64,000 nucleotides of DNA from positions 68,758,001 to 68,822,000 of the forward strand of contig OZ024740.1 in NCBI GenBank assembly GCA_964016885.1. The letters run 5' to 3'. Origin of the DNA: Eledone cirrhosa. Taxonomy: Eukaryota. The notes beneath the pieces are model-generated. The model was given only the letters and a program-made list of their open reading frames with translations, was not told the DNA's origin and did not search any database. Both the position numbers and the translations under genes were made by a program. This document shows, piece by piece, positions 28,031 to 40,454 of the stretch (positions within the stretch are counted from its first letter, which is position 1; each line of letters opens with the position of its first letter).

Positions 28031-28535
28031 ATCAAAAGATGGTTAAAAGAGTTCCATGTATTTTATTATGCGCATTTCAAAAACAAATATCATCATGCAA
28101 TAACATTTGTGTTTTCATCAGATAAAATAGGAAGACATGATATAAAGGTTAAACAACAATTGTGAATAGTGTAGTTTTAAATCAACATATGAAAAGTAGT
28201 TTTAGATTGATGTGTGATATTGGGAAAAAAAAAATGTGTTTCCCAATATCACACATCAATCTAAAACTACTTTTCATATGTTGATTTAAAACTGCACTAT
28301 TCACAAGTGTTTTTTAACCTTCATATCATGTCTTCCTATTTTATCTCATGAAAACACAAATGTTATTGCATGATGATATCTGTTTTTGAAATGCGCATAA
28401 TAAAATACATGGAACTCTTTTAAACATCTTTTGATCTTATATATTATGTATACTCCAGTCCTACAAACTGTAGAGTGCTTCTTATCCGATATCTGCATTG
28501 CTTTACTGTACTACAATAAAACTCACCTCCTACAT
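28021..28535 (+). mobile_element. Fold-back pLTR-like unit with two opposed hammerheads
   Basis: ~420 bp palindrome centred near 28233. Minus arm TATTTTAT-CTGATGA...GAAA-TGCGCA-TA-ATAAAATA (28059-28129). The plus arm core is CTCATGA. Confidence 0.85.
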
Positions 28536-28562
28536 ATATATATATATATATCGAACGTAGAA

Positions 28563-28599
<37 letters not shown>

Positions 28600-29131
28600 A
28601 CGTAGAAAACTATATATATATATATATTGATATATTTTGATATTTATGTTCTTAGCTTGTTGCTCGAGAAGTTTATTGTCCGTCTGTGGGTGAGCGATAA
28701 AACTTATCACTTTTATAATATCGAGCGTTGTATTTTTATTTTATCCTCCACGTGGCCTGAACACTCCAGCCTCGCGTTCTTTGTGAACAAACATTTTTTT
28801 TCAGAATTTCAACATGTCTACTGATGATTGCTAGCCCCTGGCTTCACCACGTACCGATGACAATCAACGGTAAATGGTGATGACTGTTCTTGAAATGGTA
28901 CCATAAGCCAATGTAAAGACTTAGAGACTATGTGAATGTAATACCTACTCTGTCGATACATCTTTGTTTAACCTAATTCGATTATTTTCTGCAAAATATT
29001 AGGTATGTGGTTTACTATGATATCGATAGCGTGTAACGCTCTGAGATCTTGGATGTTTAGCTTCAATCCTCTCATGGAACGATCGTAGAGACACGTGACC
29101 CTTATACATATCGATTATATCTATCTATCTA

Positions 29132-29173
<42 letters not shown>

Positions 29174-30015
29174 ATTTAGTACAGCATCATCGAAGCTCTA
29201 GTTGCACCCAAGCTAACGAATGCAGTCGGGGTGTTCAGATAAGCACTCAATAAGATATATTACCTTAGAGATATATCATTGCGTTTAGACAGCTTTGCAA
29301 ATTGTAAAGAGCGACCGATAGACGAGCCGCAGTGACCGAAGCGACGAAAAAAACTGAACTCAGGAAAATCTGACAAACCTGGACCATCGCATCCATACCA
29401 TATATAACACGTAACATATAACATATAATATATAATATACATCACATATAACATATAATACCTCCGTTAGGTTTCTGTAAATCGGAAATCGACAAAATCC
29501 ACTGCAAGTTATTGGATTTGGAAGATAAAACAGTGGAATTTACTTCGTCAACAAGTGTTTTGTTCTAGTCCGCCCGTTTCCGATTAGATAGCAGTAAACA
29601 CTGCTGGTAGGCACATGGTTTTCCCGAAGGTAAGTAACCCCCGGTATTGGCGGTCAAATTAAAATTTTGAACAAAGGAATAAATTCCTTTACACAAACCG
29701 AATAAAGCACTCAACTAGAAGCTATTAAACTAACATAAACAATTAACCAATCAATAGAATTCTGTAATTAAATTAATCAATTAATCGTTAATTCTAGGAG
29801 ATAATAATACAATTATATATATATATATATATTTCGTTCCTGAATTTGTATAGCAAGATTCTTTATCTGAAAACGTTTGTTGAAACCGATATTGTTATGT
29901 TTTGGGAGGATCATGTTGCCAATTCCTAAATTTATAAATTTAATTTATAATAAATTGAAGTGAAAGCAATTGTGCGTGTGTTTCTTATTGGCAACATGAC
30001 CCTCCCAAAGCATAA

Positions 30016-30136
<121 letters not shown>

Positions 30137-30155
30137 TATAATTTCTATACTTTTC

Positions 30156-30203
<48 letters not shown>

Positions 30204-30469
30204 GCATACACACACAGATAGAGTGATAAATAAATGGAGAAAAATATTGATAGAGAGAATAAAGTTCGATGCATAGATAAAGTCAACAGCAAAGGATATT
30301 TGGGACATGTTATGAAACGTTATCCCTATTAACTAGATTTTATCTGCTGCTTGCAACACTAAAGATATCAGACTCGATAACAGAGCGTAATTTTCATTAG
30401 ACACATTACAGAAAACAACTCACTCTGTACAACTTCACGCACACATGCAATCGAACCCGCTCAGACACA

Positions 30470-30597
<128 letters not shown>

Positions 30598-30716
30598 GTA
30601 TATATATAAACATATATATATATATGTGTGTAAAAGGTAAACAGAAATAACAACACAATCGGTAGAGTATATAGCAGGGATATATTAGGTTAACTCTGGA
30701 TATAGCAGGAAGAGGA

Positions 30717-30752
30717 TCTTAACGTTTCGGACACTAGCCCTTCATCAGAAGA
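30717..30752 (-). ncRNA. Minimal type I hammerhead
   Basis: TCTT-CTGATGA-agggctagtgtcc-GAAAC-GTT-AAGA. Confidence 0.7.
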
Positions 30753-30913
30753 AAGAATGAGAAATAAAATAGAATATATATATATATTCATATATATATA
30801 TATAAGAAACACACGCACCAGTTGCCTTCATTTCAATGTATTATAAATTAAATTTATAAATTTAGGAATTTATAAATTTCCGGTTGGTTGCACAAGACGA
30901 TTGTTCAAATATT

Positions 30914-30956
30914 GTCAAAGTTCTTTCGTCACACATTCTGTGACCTCTTCAGTGAC
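30914..30956 (-). ncRNA. Minimal type I hammerhead
   Basis: GTCA-CTGAAGA-gGTCACA-gaatg-TGTGAC-GAAA-GAAC-TT-TGAC. Homologue at 54524-54568. Confidence 0.65.
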
Positions 30957-31284
30957 TGGGGACATGACCTTCCCAAAGCATAACAACATCTAAAGTCCAA
31001 AGAGGGCTCGATAGGGATAAATATATATCAAATATATAAGAACCGCAGAGCAAATATTTACTGAAATAACAGATTCAAGTTTAAGCAAAGAATCGCTGCT
31101 TTCACCCTTAATAGGATCTTCTGAAACTAACAAAGTCAATATTTGAACGCAGAAGTGAATATTTCAAAAAACGTTGCAAGCGGGGGAAGAGAGGAATACG
31201 ATACTTTGGTTCGTGGGAACGTTCCCTGGCAAAGAATGGGAAAAAAACGAATATAATACGTCATTATTTAGAGCGGTGTTCAAA

Positions 31285-33670
31285 TCCCGGTTCAGCTTAG
31301 CCCCTGTAAACCTTTCGTACTCCTCCAGGAAGGTGCCGATCGCCCCGATTTCCGAGGTCGTCGACACCATTACTATTACGTCATCGGCGTAGGCTGACAC
31401 CGCTTTCCGCAATCCCGGTTCCAACGGGATGCCCTGCAACAACTCCAACTTCCGCAGCAGTGGCTCTAGAGTCATTACATACAGAAGGGAGGAGAGAGGG
31501 CACCCTTGTCGGATGGACCGCGCGATTTCGAACGATTCCGAGAGGTAGCCGTTCACTTTGACCCTAGAGCAGATGCGGCTGCTGTACATGGCATTGATCC
31601 AGCCCCTGAAAACGGGTCCGAAGCCTGCCGCCGCTAGCACCGCATCCAGGTAACCATGGTCGACCCTATCGAATGCCTTAGATTGATCCATGTTGATCAG
31701 GGCCCCACCAAAGCCGGGTTCGTTCCCAACCCTCTCTATGATGTATCGCATGAGGTGGAGATTGTCGTGGATGGACCTGGACGGGATAGCACATGTCTGC
31801 GCATCTCCCACCAGGTTGCCCACGACAAGCGCCAACCTCTTTGCTAGCACCTTGGCCAAAACCTGTAACTCTGTATTTAGCAGAGTTATGGGCCTGAAAT
31901 TATTTATATCGTCCCCCTTGTTCTCGTCCTTCCTCACTAGCGTGACTACGCCCTTGGTCACAGCACAGGGAATTCTCCCGTTCTGTTGCCAGTTGCAGTA
32001 GACCGCCTCGAGGAGATCGGGGAACAAGTCCGGCATAGCTAGATATAGTTCGTATGGAAGACCATCGAGACCCGGGGATTTGCGTTTGCCGCATTGGCTC
32101 AGCACGTCCTCTATCTCAGCGACTGAAATCGGCTCCTCGCAGGACTTCGCCTCCCTGTCCGAGAGACACGGCAGGCCGTCGAGGTATGGACCGAAGTCCA
32201 CATCCCCAGCCAGCCCCCCGCCCCTTCCGAACAATCCGGCAAAGTGCTTTTGAAAAGCCTCGCACACCTGCTTAGGTTCAAGGATCACCCGTCCATCCTG
32301 GTCTCGCAAAGACCGGATAGTGAATCTGCTCCCTCTTTTGGCTTCTGTCACGCGGGCCCAGCTAACAGCTTTGGTCCCCTCGTTTCCCAGAGCACGTATT
32401 TTGTTTTGGACGATGCAGCCTTCGTGTTTCGCGTCGAAGAACTGGCCCAGGGCCGTTCTCGACGCTAGCACTCTGGCCACGTCGCCGCTTCTAATTGCCT
32501 CTTCTACACTATCTACCGACTCCCTTTCCTTCCTGTTTCTATTAGAGGCTAACTCCTTACTAAATTCTATAGAGACTACTCTAATCTCTCTTTTGAGAGA
32601 TCCCCACCACCTGCTGTTGACGTTGGCGCCCTTCAACCGCTCCTTAACTAAAGTGCTAATCCGGTCCCTGTAAGCCTTACTTGCCGGTAAGGACAAGTTG
32701 AGCTTCCAGTAACCGGGTCCCTGTCTATGAGTTCTGTCAAGGTTGACCATGCAGGTCACTAACTTATGGTCTGAATAGCCAACCATGCGCATTTTTGGAC
32801 AACTTAAAAAGTCCGTATCCTTAATTCTAACTAAGAACCTATCTAGGTACGACCTAGATGATCCGTTACGATTTGCCCAAGTCCAGGTTGGCGCATTCGG
32901 AAAATCTAGTCGATATCTATCGGCCAGGTCAGATCGACCGATTAACCCTTTGAAGCTATTGCACCGCTCTCTATCGAAACAGGCCCCTACGTAGTCCCAG
33001 CGTGCATCTAGGATACCATTCCAGTCCCCAACTAATAGCAAGGAGCGGGACGTCCCTAGAAAAGTCTCCAGACGATGGAAGAAGTCCGGCCGCATTGACC
33101 CGAAAGGGCCGTAGGCGGCTACCAACCTAAACGCTCCGCCTTCACCACTGCCAAGGTCCAGAACCACTAGTCGACCCTCCGGGTCCAAATGTACCATCTA
33201 TGTTGCGAGACCCAGATGTTTTTGCAGCAGAACGACAAACCCACCCCCACTCCGGGCTGACAGAGAGATGCGTGCATCTCAAAGTCATCAAAGGTGGGGG
33301 CCAGCTGTCGCACGTTGCTGATCCGGGCCTCGCAAATAACCATCACATCTATACGTTGTGATCTGAGGTCATTTAGAAGCATTGCTTGCTTCCAAGTTGA
33401 GCCCAGGCCACGCGCATTTAAACAGCCTACTCTTAGCATAGCCATGTTTGTGGTGAAGATAAAAGGCACTTACCTCTCTGCGTCCCGAGTATCGGGCTGC
33501 ACAATTTCCATGAGGGTGGGGGATGTGTTGGTGGGTGGGGTGGTGGTTTCTGGCGGGGTGGGAACGGAGGTGTTTGGTGGGGAAGGGATGTCTGGTGGGG
33601 TGGGGATGACTTGGGTGGGGAAGCCTTTGTAGAGGACGCGGTTGATTTGATAGATAGATGGATAAATATA
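31285..33670 (-). mobile_element. Tx1/L1-clade LINE fragment (ORF1 end + ORF2 APE-RT), 3'-truncated
   Basis: GCLNARGL (ATG ~33445), GDWNG, SYLDRF, SDHK, GYWKLN, KSPGLDGLP, FRPITLLN, DQSKAFDRV, RQGCPLS, YADD. Long ORF 31164-33197, whose last ~40 codons are unrelated sequence. Confidence 0.92.
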
Positions 33671-33700
33671 CACGGGTGTGTAGGATTGTGTATAGAAGAT

Positions 33701-34015
33701 TATATTAATAAGAGGAATTCCAACTTTGTCTGATTTACTCGTTTTATTTACAATCCTTTAAAATTTATAATGGTATTATAATGAAATAGTATGATATAAT
33801 ATGAAATGTTAAGTGTTAATTGAACAAGTACTTTCATGCTTTCGCAATCTTCAGGTTCATAATGTATGGTGACAGTCAAGTTTGCAATTTTCAACTGTCA
33901 AGTTGAAAATTTAATATTATATCATACTATTTCATTATAATACCATTATAAACTTTAAAGGATTGTAAATAAAACGAGTAAATCAGACAAAGTTGGAATT
34001 CCTCTTATTAATATA
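33701..34015. mobile_element. Inverted-repeat pLTR-like unit enclosing a minimal hammerhead
   Basis: Arms 33701-33802 and 33914-34015. Minus strand 33821-33859 reads TGAAC-CTGAAGA-ttgcgaaagcat-GAAA-GTAC-TT-GTTCA. Confidence 0.72.
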
Positions 34016-34133
34016 TATATATATATATATATATAAATATATATAAAATATATACATTTACATATACGTAAACTAGACAGAGCCATAGATATATATAATA
34101 TTTTATCAAAAGATTCTATGAACGTACTTTCTC

Positions 34134-34194
<61 letters not shown>

Positions 34195-34198
34195 TATA

Positions 34199-34274
<76 letters not shown>

Positions 34275-34634
34275 ATATATATATATGTATATATATATAT
34301 AATGTACGTATATTGAGTTGGTTTTTATATGGTGTCTATTGAAAATTACCTTCTGTTATGTAGTGGGGTATATTTAGTGTTGCAAGTTACACATGTAAAT
34401 CGTAATTAATAGGGATAACATTTCCTGAATTGTCCCATATATCCCTCCCTATTGACTCGCCTTGGCAGCAAATTTAGAGCCTGTGTAAAGTTGTGCGCAA
34501 TCACAAATACATAAGTAAACATTCACAAACGCACGAAACGCGCCCAGGCACAGAGCCAGACACACAGACACACACACACGCAAACACAACACCCACACGC
34601 ATACACACACCCACCCACCCACACACATACGCAG

Positions 34635-34666
<32 letters not shown>

Positions 34667-35954
34667 GTATATCCTTATGTATCTACGTATATGTCTTTAT
34701 ATATGTGTGTATCCATGAATACATCTCATTCATTCCCATCATTCGTTTCTCTTGCTGGTATTGTCGGATTATCGGGAAAAAAATGTGCAGCTAGCTACTC
34801 TTCATGACTCCAATGTACTCAGTGTACTGAGTACATATCATTCTGGTATCAGAAGTTGAATTGTTGTCTATACGATTAAAGAGTAATTTTCCTTTGCGTT
34901 GTCTCTGTTCCTTCACCAATCACATTAATGTGTCCATTTGTCACATATTCTGGAGGCACTGACACAAATGGGGGAAATATATCGTTAGCCGCTCTCTCAT
35001 GTAAGCCTACCGAGTTACGATATTTTATGTAATGTAACATGAGTATATGAGGCATAGATATATCTGAAGACTAGGATAGTTAAAGTATGGGTATGAGCTT
35101 GAAACAGAATGATAGAGCCTTTCCCCCTATATGAATGAATAATTGTCTCTAGTTTACGCTCTCTATCTCTTAAATAAAACGTGACTGAATGAATGTATAA
35201 TAAAGAGGGATGTTACAAAACTGTGAAAATTGAGAGAATAGCAGCATGAGTATTTGGATGAAACTGAAGGATAGAAAGCGAGGGTGGAGCGTAATGGAAT
35301 TGATAAAATGTTACAGAGAAAACAACTTGAACAGCATAACAAATAACAATAATTTAGGAAGAAAGATAGATAAAGAGAGAGAGAGAAGACAGAGAGAGAC
35401 AGAGGAAGATGAATATCAAGAGGAAGTTGACAGTGAAAGTTGTTGACGTTGATAATGATTCAAAGGCGGGGGAGAAAATCCTCATTAGCTATTGAGAATT
35501 ATGACAAGACTACTGAGCATAACAGATCCTGGACAATTTCTTCATACATAGTCCCTGTGACAAAAGAGAGATAAACTAATAGAGATATTATCGTGCGAGA
35601 ACAAATGCTCTCTTTCCTTGCACAGGCAGCGTGTTAAGGTAAAATATGATAGATACCACGGCGAAATATAGTGAGAGTTTCCAAACATATTCATTATTCT
35701 TCTACATCTACATCCCAACAACTCTCAGCATTAGCACATATACCGCAAAGTCTGCTTTGCTATGTTTGCGCATTTAGCAAGTAACGGTTTTAAGTGCATG
35801 TCGCCACCAATCACTGTTTATTATCATCTTGAATTTAGTCTTCAACGCTTTGTCCTATGTCTTCCTGAGACTCTCTTATCTACAGATTTCATTCACTTCA
35901 AGAGTATGACACAAGTGACGTTATCCATACACATTAAATGCTGATATATGCACG

Positions 35955-36078
<124 letters not shown>

Positions 36079-36190
36079 TATATATAGTTAGATAAATAGT
36101 TGGAAAAATAAATATATATGTACCTCTCTCTGTCAGTCTGTCTGTCGCCCTCTCTCTCTCTCTATATATATATAAATATATATATGTATA

Positions 36191-36221
<31 letters not shown>

Positions 36222-36224
<3 letters not shown>

Positions 36225-36344
36225 GGAAAAAGTATTGAGCTCTGCCGTGGGGTCATACTTTTTCCTATTTCCCAGTCTACTACCCTAAGTATTGAGTACT
36301 CTGGTGCGATATGATCAATCCGGTTCCTTACCACAATTCCTTTG

Positions 36345-36385
<41 letters not shown>

Positions 36386-36562
36386 AACAAGTAAGAGCCC
36401 GACGGCTGAGCTCAAACCGTTTCGACAGAATTAGCCGTCGAAACGGCTTGAGCTCAGCCGTCGGAGTCTTACTTGTTCCTATTACCCACTCTACTACCCT
36501 AAGTATTGAGTACTTTGGTGCGTTTTGGTCCACCTGGTTCCTTACCACATTTCCTTCGTTAT
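36222..36562 (+). mobile_element. Two short fold-back pLTR-like units in (TA)n
   Basis: Units 36222-36348 and 36381-36562 share a 3' segment. Palindrome 36381-36482 contains a hammerhead 3' half, GAAAC-GGCT..AGCC-GTC. Third family member at ~20672-20810. Confidence 0.7.
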
Positions 36563-36597
36563 ATATATATTTATATATATATGTCTGTGTGTATGTG

Positions 36598-36715
36598 AAG
36601 GCGAGTGGCTGAGTGGTTAGAGAATTGGATTGACAATCATAAGATTGTGAGTTCGATTCCTGAACCGGATGATGTGTTATGTCCTTGGGAAAGACACTTT
36701 ATTTCACGTTGAGCC
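36598..36715 (+). mobile_element. tRNA-headed SINE (second family)
   Basis: A box TGGCTGAGTGG and B box GTTCGATTCC, then TGTCCTTGGGAAAGACACTT. Decayed relatives at ~17695 and ~19435. Confidence 0.7.
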
Positions 36716-39700
36716 TTCTACCTGGATTTGCGACCGATATTAACAATTAGAAAGACAAACCGAAACCTCGTTTCCTCTGTCCGATTTGACGAAAGTCGAT
36801 CGAGTGTCGATATATATATATATATATATCGACTTTCGTCTATATATATATATATATAGTTATATGCGTATTTGTGTGTGTGTCTGTGTTTTTGTGTGTC
36901 TGTGTGAATATCACTAAACGGAATCATCTCTCGAAGCCATGTAAAATTATATGCCTGTAAGCAATAAAGTGTCTGGAATCTTATCTGACTTTCACGATTT
37001 ATTTTAAGTAGTTTTATAATGCAGTTAGTTAAACTCTTATTCATTTCGTAACTGTATCGTTGATGCAGGTGAGTCATTAGTTAATACAATGCTACTTACT
37101 ACATGTATACAAGTGCTATTGTTTTTGCTATACCTGGAAATATGTTAATATGCTCTTTGTAATCCATTTCTTTTCTTGTATCCTTCAGGTGAAAGATAAA
37201 CTGTTCAAAACTATCTGATATGAAAGTAGATATGGTTCTGTTTAAAATATGGGCCAAATCTGTAAAAACATATATTGAAATGAATAAAGTTTTATTGACT
37301 ATATCATTATTTTATTTATATCGTATTAAAGCTTTAATCATTGCACGTTTCCAAGGGTTAACTTATGGATTTTCTGTGTTTGTGTTACTGGGAATGATAG
37401 GCAAACAACTGTACATCATAGATCTAAGAAATAGAACCAGTCAATTTTGTTGGAAACCATTATTCACTGGCTAAACCTCTGGAGAACAATAAAGTACAAT
37501 AGTTATAAATATTAGTTTAACGCTAATAAAGTAAGAAAAAAGATAACAAATTACGGACGTTAGTCATATATCGGAAGATAGAATGAGAATGTGACGAATT
37601 AACTAAATATATTTGTGTAAGAGAAGAAAGACAAAGGAGAAAGTAGTGTCAAAAGGAAAACATGTGAGTAGTGTGTCAGTTATTTTGGGAAAATGTAAGT
37701 AAAAATGAGACTCGAATATTAAAGAAGTTCAAGAGTTAATTTACGAGTGTGTGTTTGTGAATATTTATGAAAATTGCGGAGGTCGTGATAAGCATTAAAC
37801 CCTGACATTGCTATTGTAGCTAAAGTGTTGTTTATTTGTGAGAATGTGTCCGTGCGACTGACCTGACAAGCATAGGGAGTGGCAGTGGATGCTATCTTCG
37901 GTATGTGTGTATGCGTATCTGCACGAACAAACATGTGAACACGGTATACTTTACGCATGTGCGCGTATATATACACGTAAACAGTCACACACACACAAGT
38001 AGAAGCGATCGTTAAATGGTACAGATTGATGAAGGGCCCAGCATCTACTAGCCTTAACGTCCCTTGTCATGCGTGTGGTCCAGGATGCAGTAGAGATGTC
38101 ACCAAACATCTTGAGAGTATAGCTTCCAAACACATAATTCCGTTTGGAATTGAGATAGGTCCAAACGTCAAGAAAGATAAACACAGAATATGGAGGGCTG
38201 TCATAATGAATGTCGTGATTCATTTTAATCTAATGGTGAAACGATCCTCGTAATGGGCTGAACAGAACGCCAAATGCAAGCGCTAAACTCGGGCGAACAC
38301 ACAAAAGCAAGTACACTCACGTAGTGGGTAAAAGTATATACGAGTGTATATACGAATATATATATACGAGTGATTCCTGTGGTAGCCACCTAGCAGCTTG
38401 ATTATAGATACACATACATGTTATAGTGTGAGTAGAGAGCGAAGGTTGAAGGAGTGATATAAGAGGTATGTTGAGTGAACATGGGAAGGAACATATGCAT
38501 CTATGATGCAAGACTGTATGGATGATAGAAGAAAAGTGTGTGAGCATATGCATGTCGTTTTATGCATACAAGACAACTTGATGTAATGTATGAGAGATCA
38601 ATTCATAAGTGGTGCATGTGTTGTATGTTGGTGATGGGTGGCGGATAGGAGTAATAAGTTAGTGAGGAAGTGTATGTGTACAGTTTGCATTTCCTGTTGT
38701 GCTGTGGGGGTGTGCGCAGGATCTAGAAATGTGTTTGTGTGTGTGATGGTGGTTGAAGGAGTGCACGTGAATGTGCTCTAAATAGAAGAACGTTAGAAAA
38801 ATTGTGGTGAAGAAATTAAACATTTTTGAATAGCTGTTTCCGTTGAAATATCAATTTTGCTCGATTCCTTGAAAATAGCAACACATCCAAGCCTTATAGT
38901 GACACGTAATCGCTTATAGAGGAGATTGTGTAACTAACTGTTGTGAGAAAACGTGGTGCCGGAAATATCAAATACTGAGATCTTGATATAAGCTCTAAAC
39001 CAGTAAAATAAATGAAGACAAAAAATAAATACAGATTTGCAAAACAAAATATAAATCGAACTAAATTTAATAAAACAGAGAGACAGATATAGTGAAAGAA
39101 AAAAAGAAACACAGATAAAGAAAAGAAACACAAAGAGAGATAGATTTAACGTTTACATGATCGTCATCATAACGCAACGTTTCTTCATCTCCTTCGGATA
39201 TAAGCTACAGGTATTTTTTCAATTTAAATACTTGTAATTAATCCATCCATAATGTTATAACCTCACGTGTCGATATTTACTGCGTAGATGTTTTATTTCA
39301 TCCATCCATTTAAAGAAGACAAACCATGGTCTACATCTATTAGAAAACTTCTCAGACTTCCTAATATTCTAACGGTCTATACATTTACATTACATTTTAA
39401 ACATATAGCGTAATTTGTCTGGTTTTGTAAGTAGCAAAACTAATTATCACACACATTGTCTTCTTTTCACATCGGAAGACTTTATGCAGTAACTTAAAAG
39501 ATGGAGAAAATGTATATCTTTTCTTTGCTTTTCTTATTCACTTCATTCAATTCAATGTTTGCCAAAACTTTTCATTTTAGCACCTATTTTAGATAATGTA
39601 GACTGTTAGTGACATTAGTACAACGAATGAAATTAACATTCATAAATATCACAGTCAAACCAAAATAGAAATCTATTGATATACGTTAGTTCATATAATC

Positions 39701-40454
39701 ATCTACCAATAGTAATGAAGAAAAGAATTTTTCTTGGAAACATTACAAAATATTTCCAAAATAGTTATTGTATTGAAAAGTAGTTATCCAAGCCAACACC
39801 AACATATAGAAATAATTGTATGCCTTACAATATCTAGTTGAAATAATTTACTGCTATAAGCTTAAACGGTAAAAGATTCCACAGTTACCTAACAAGTTGA
39901 AGACCGTTTGATTTTAAATGTTTATAATGTTCAACAAATTTTGGTAAGAGTACATCTGTGGTAGTGCACACAATGTTTATGTAATTTCAAATACTTCCGA
40001 AATGATCAAGTTAAAAATCAATGCCTTGTTACGTGTTTCATGGATTGAGCCTACAAAACAATAATCATGTATATACTTACAAATCTCAAATCAAATATTG
40101 AAACATAATTTTACGTTAGAATCATTTTTTCTTTGATTTAATATTTTTCAGATAATTATTTAACTCTCTTTGTCCTAAAGACGATATGAGCGTAATTTTC
40201 ATCGATATTGCCAACTCTGAAGGAAGTTTCACCTGTAATAATAATAATGGTTTCTGATTCAGGCATAAGGCTAGCAATTGTTTTTCTTTCTTTTACTGGT
40301 GGTGGTGGTGGTAGTCGACAAAATGAACAGTCAAAGAGTAAAGTCAAAGACAATCAAGGTTGCATTTGACCTCAAAAGGTAAAAGGATGTAAATAAATGA
40401 GGCAGAGAATGTTTTATGATTCGCTAGCGACGCTGGTAAACCACCGCTCCGGAA

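Noticed and set aside
28815-28910. CTGATGA...GAAATGGTACCATA possible hammerhead
   Set aside because: Stem I and stem II pairing are unconvincing.
36598-36675. Possible tRNA gene
   Set aside because: A/B boxes are present, but I could not form a convincing acceptor stem and it runs into a SINE body.
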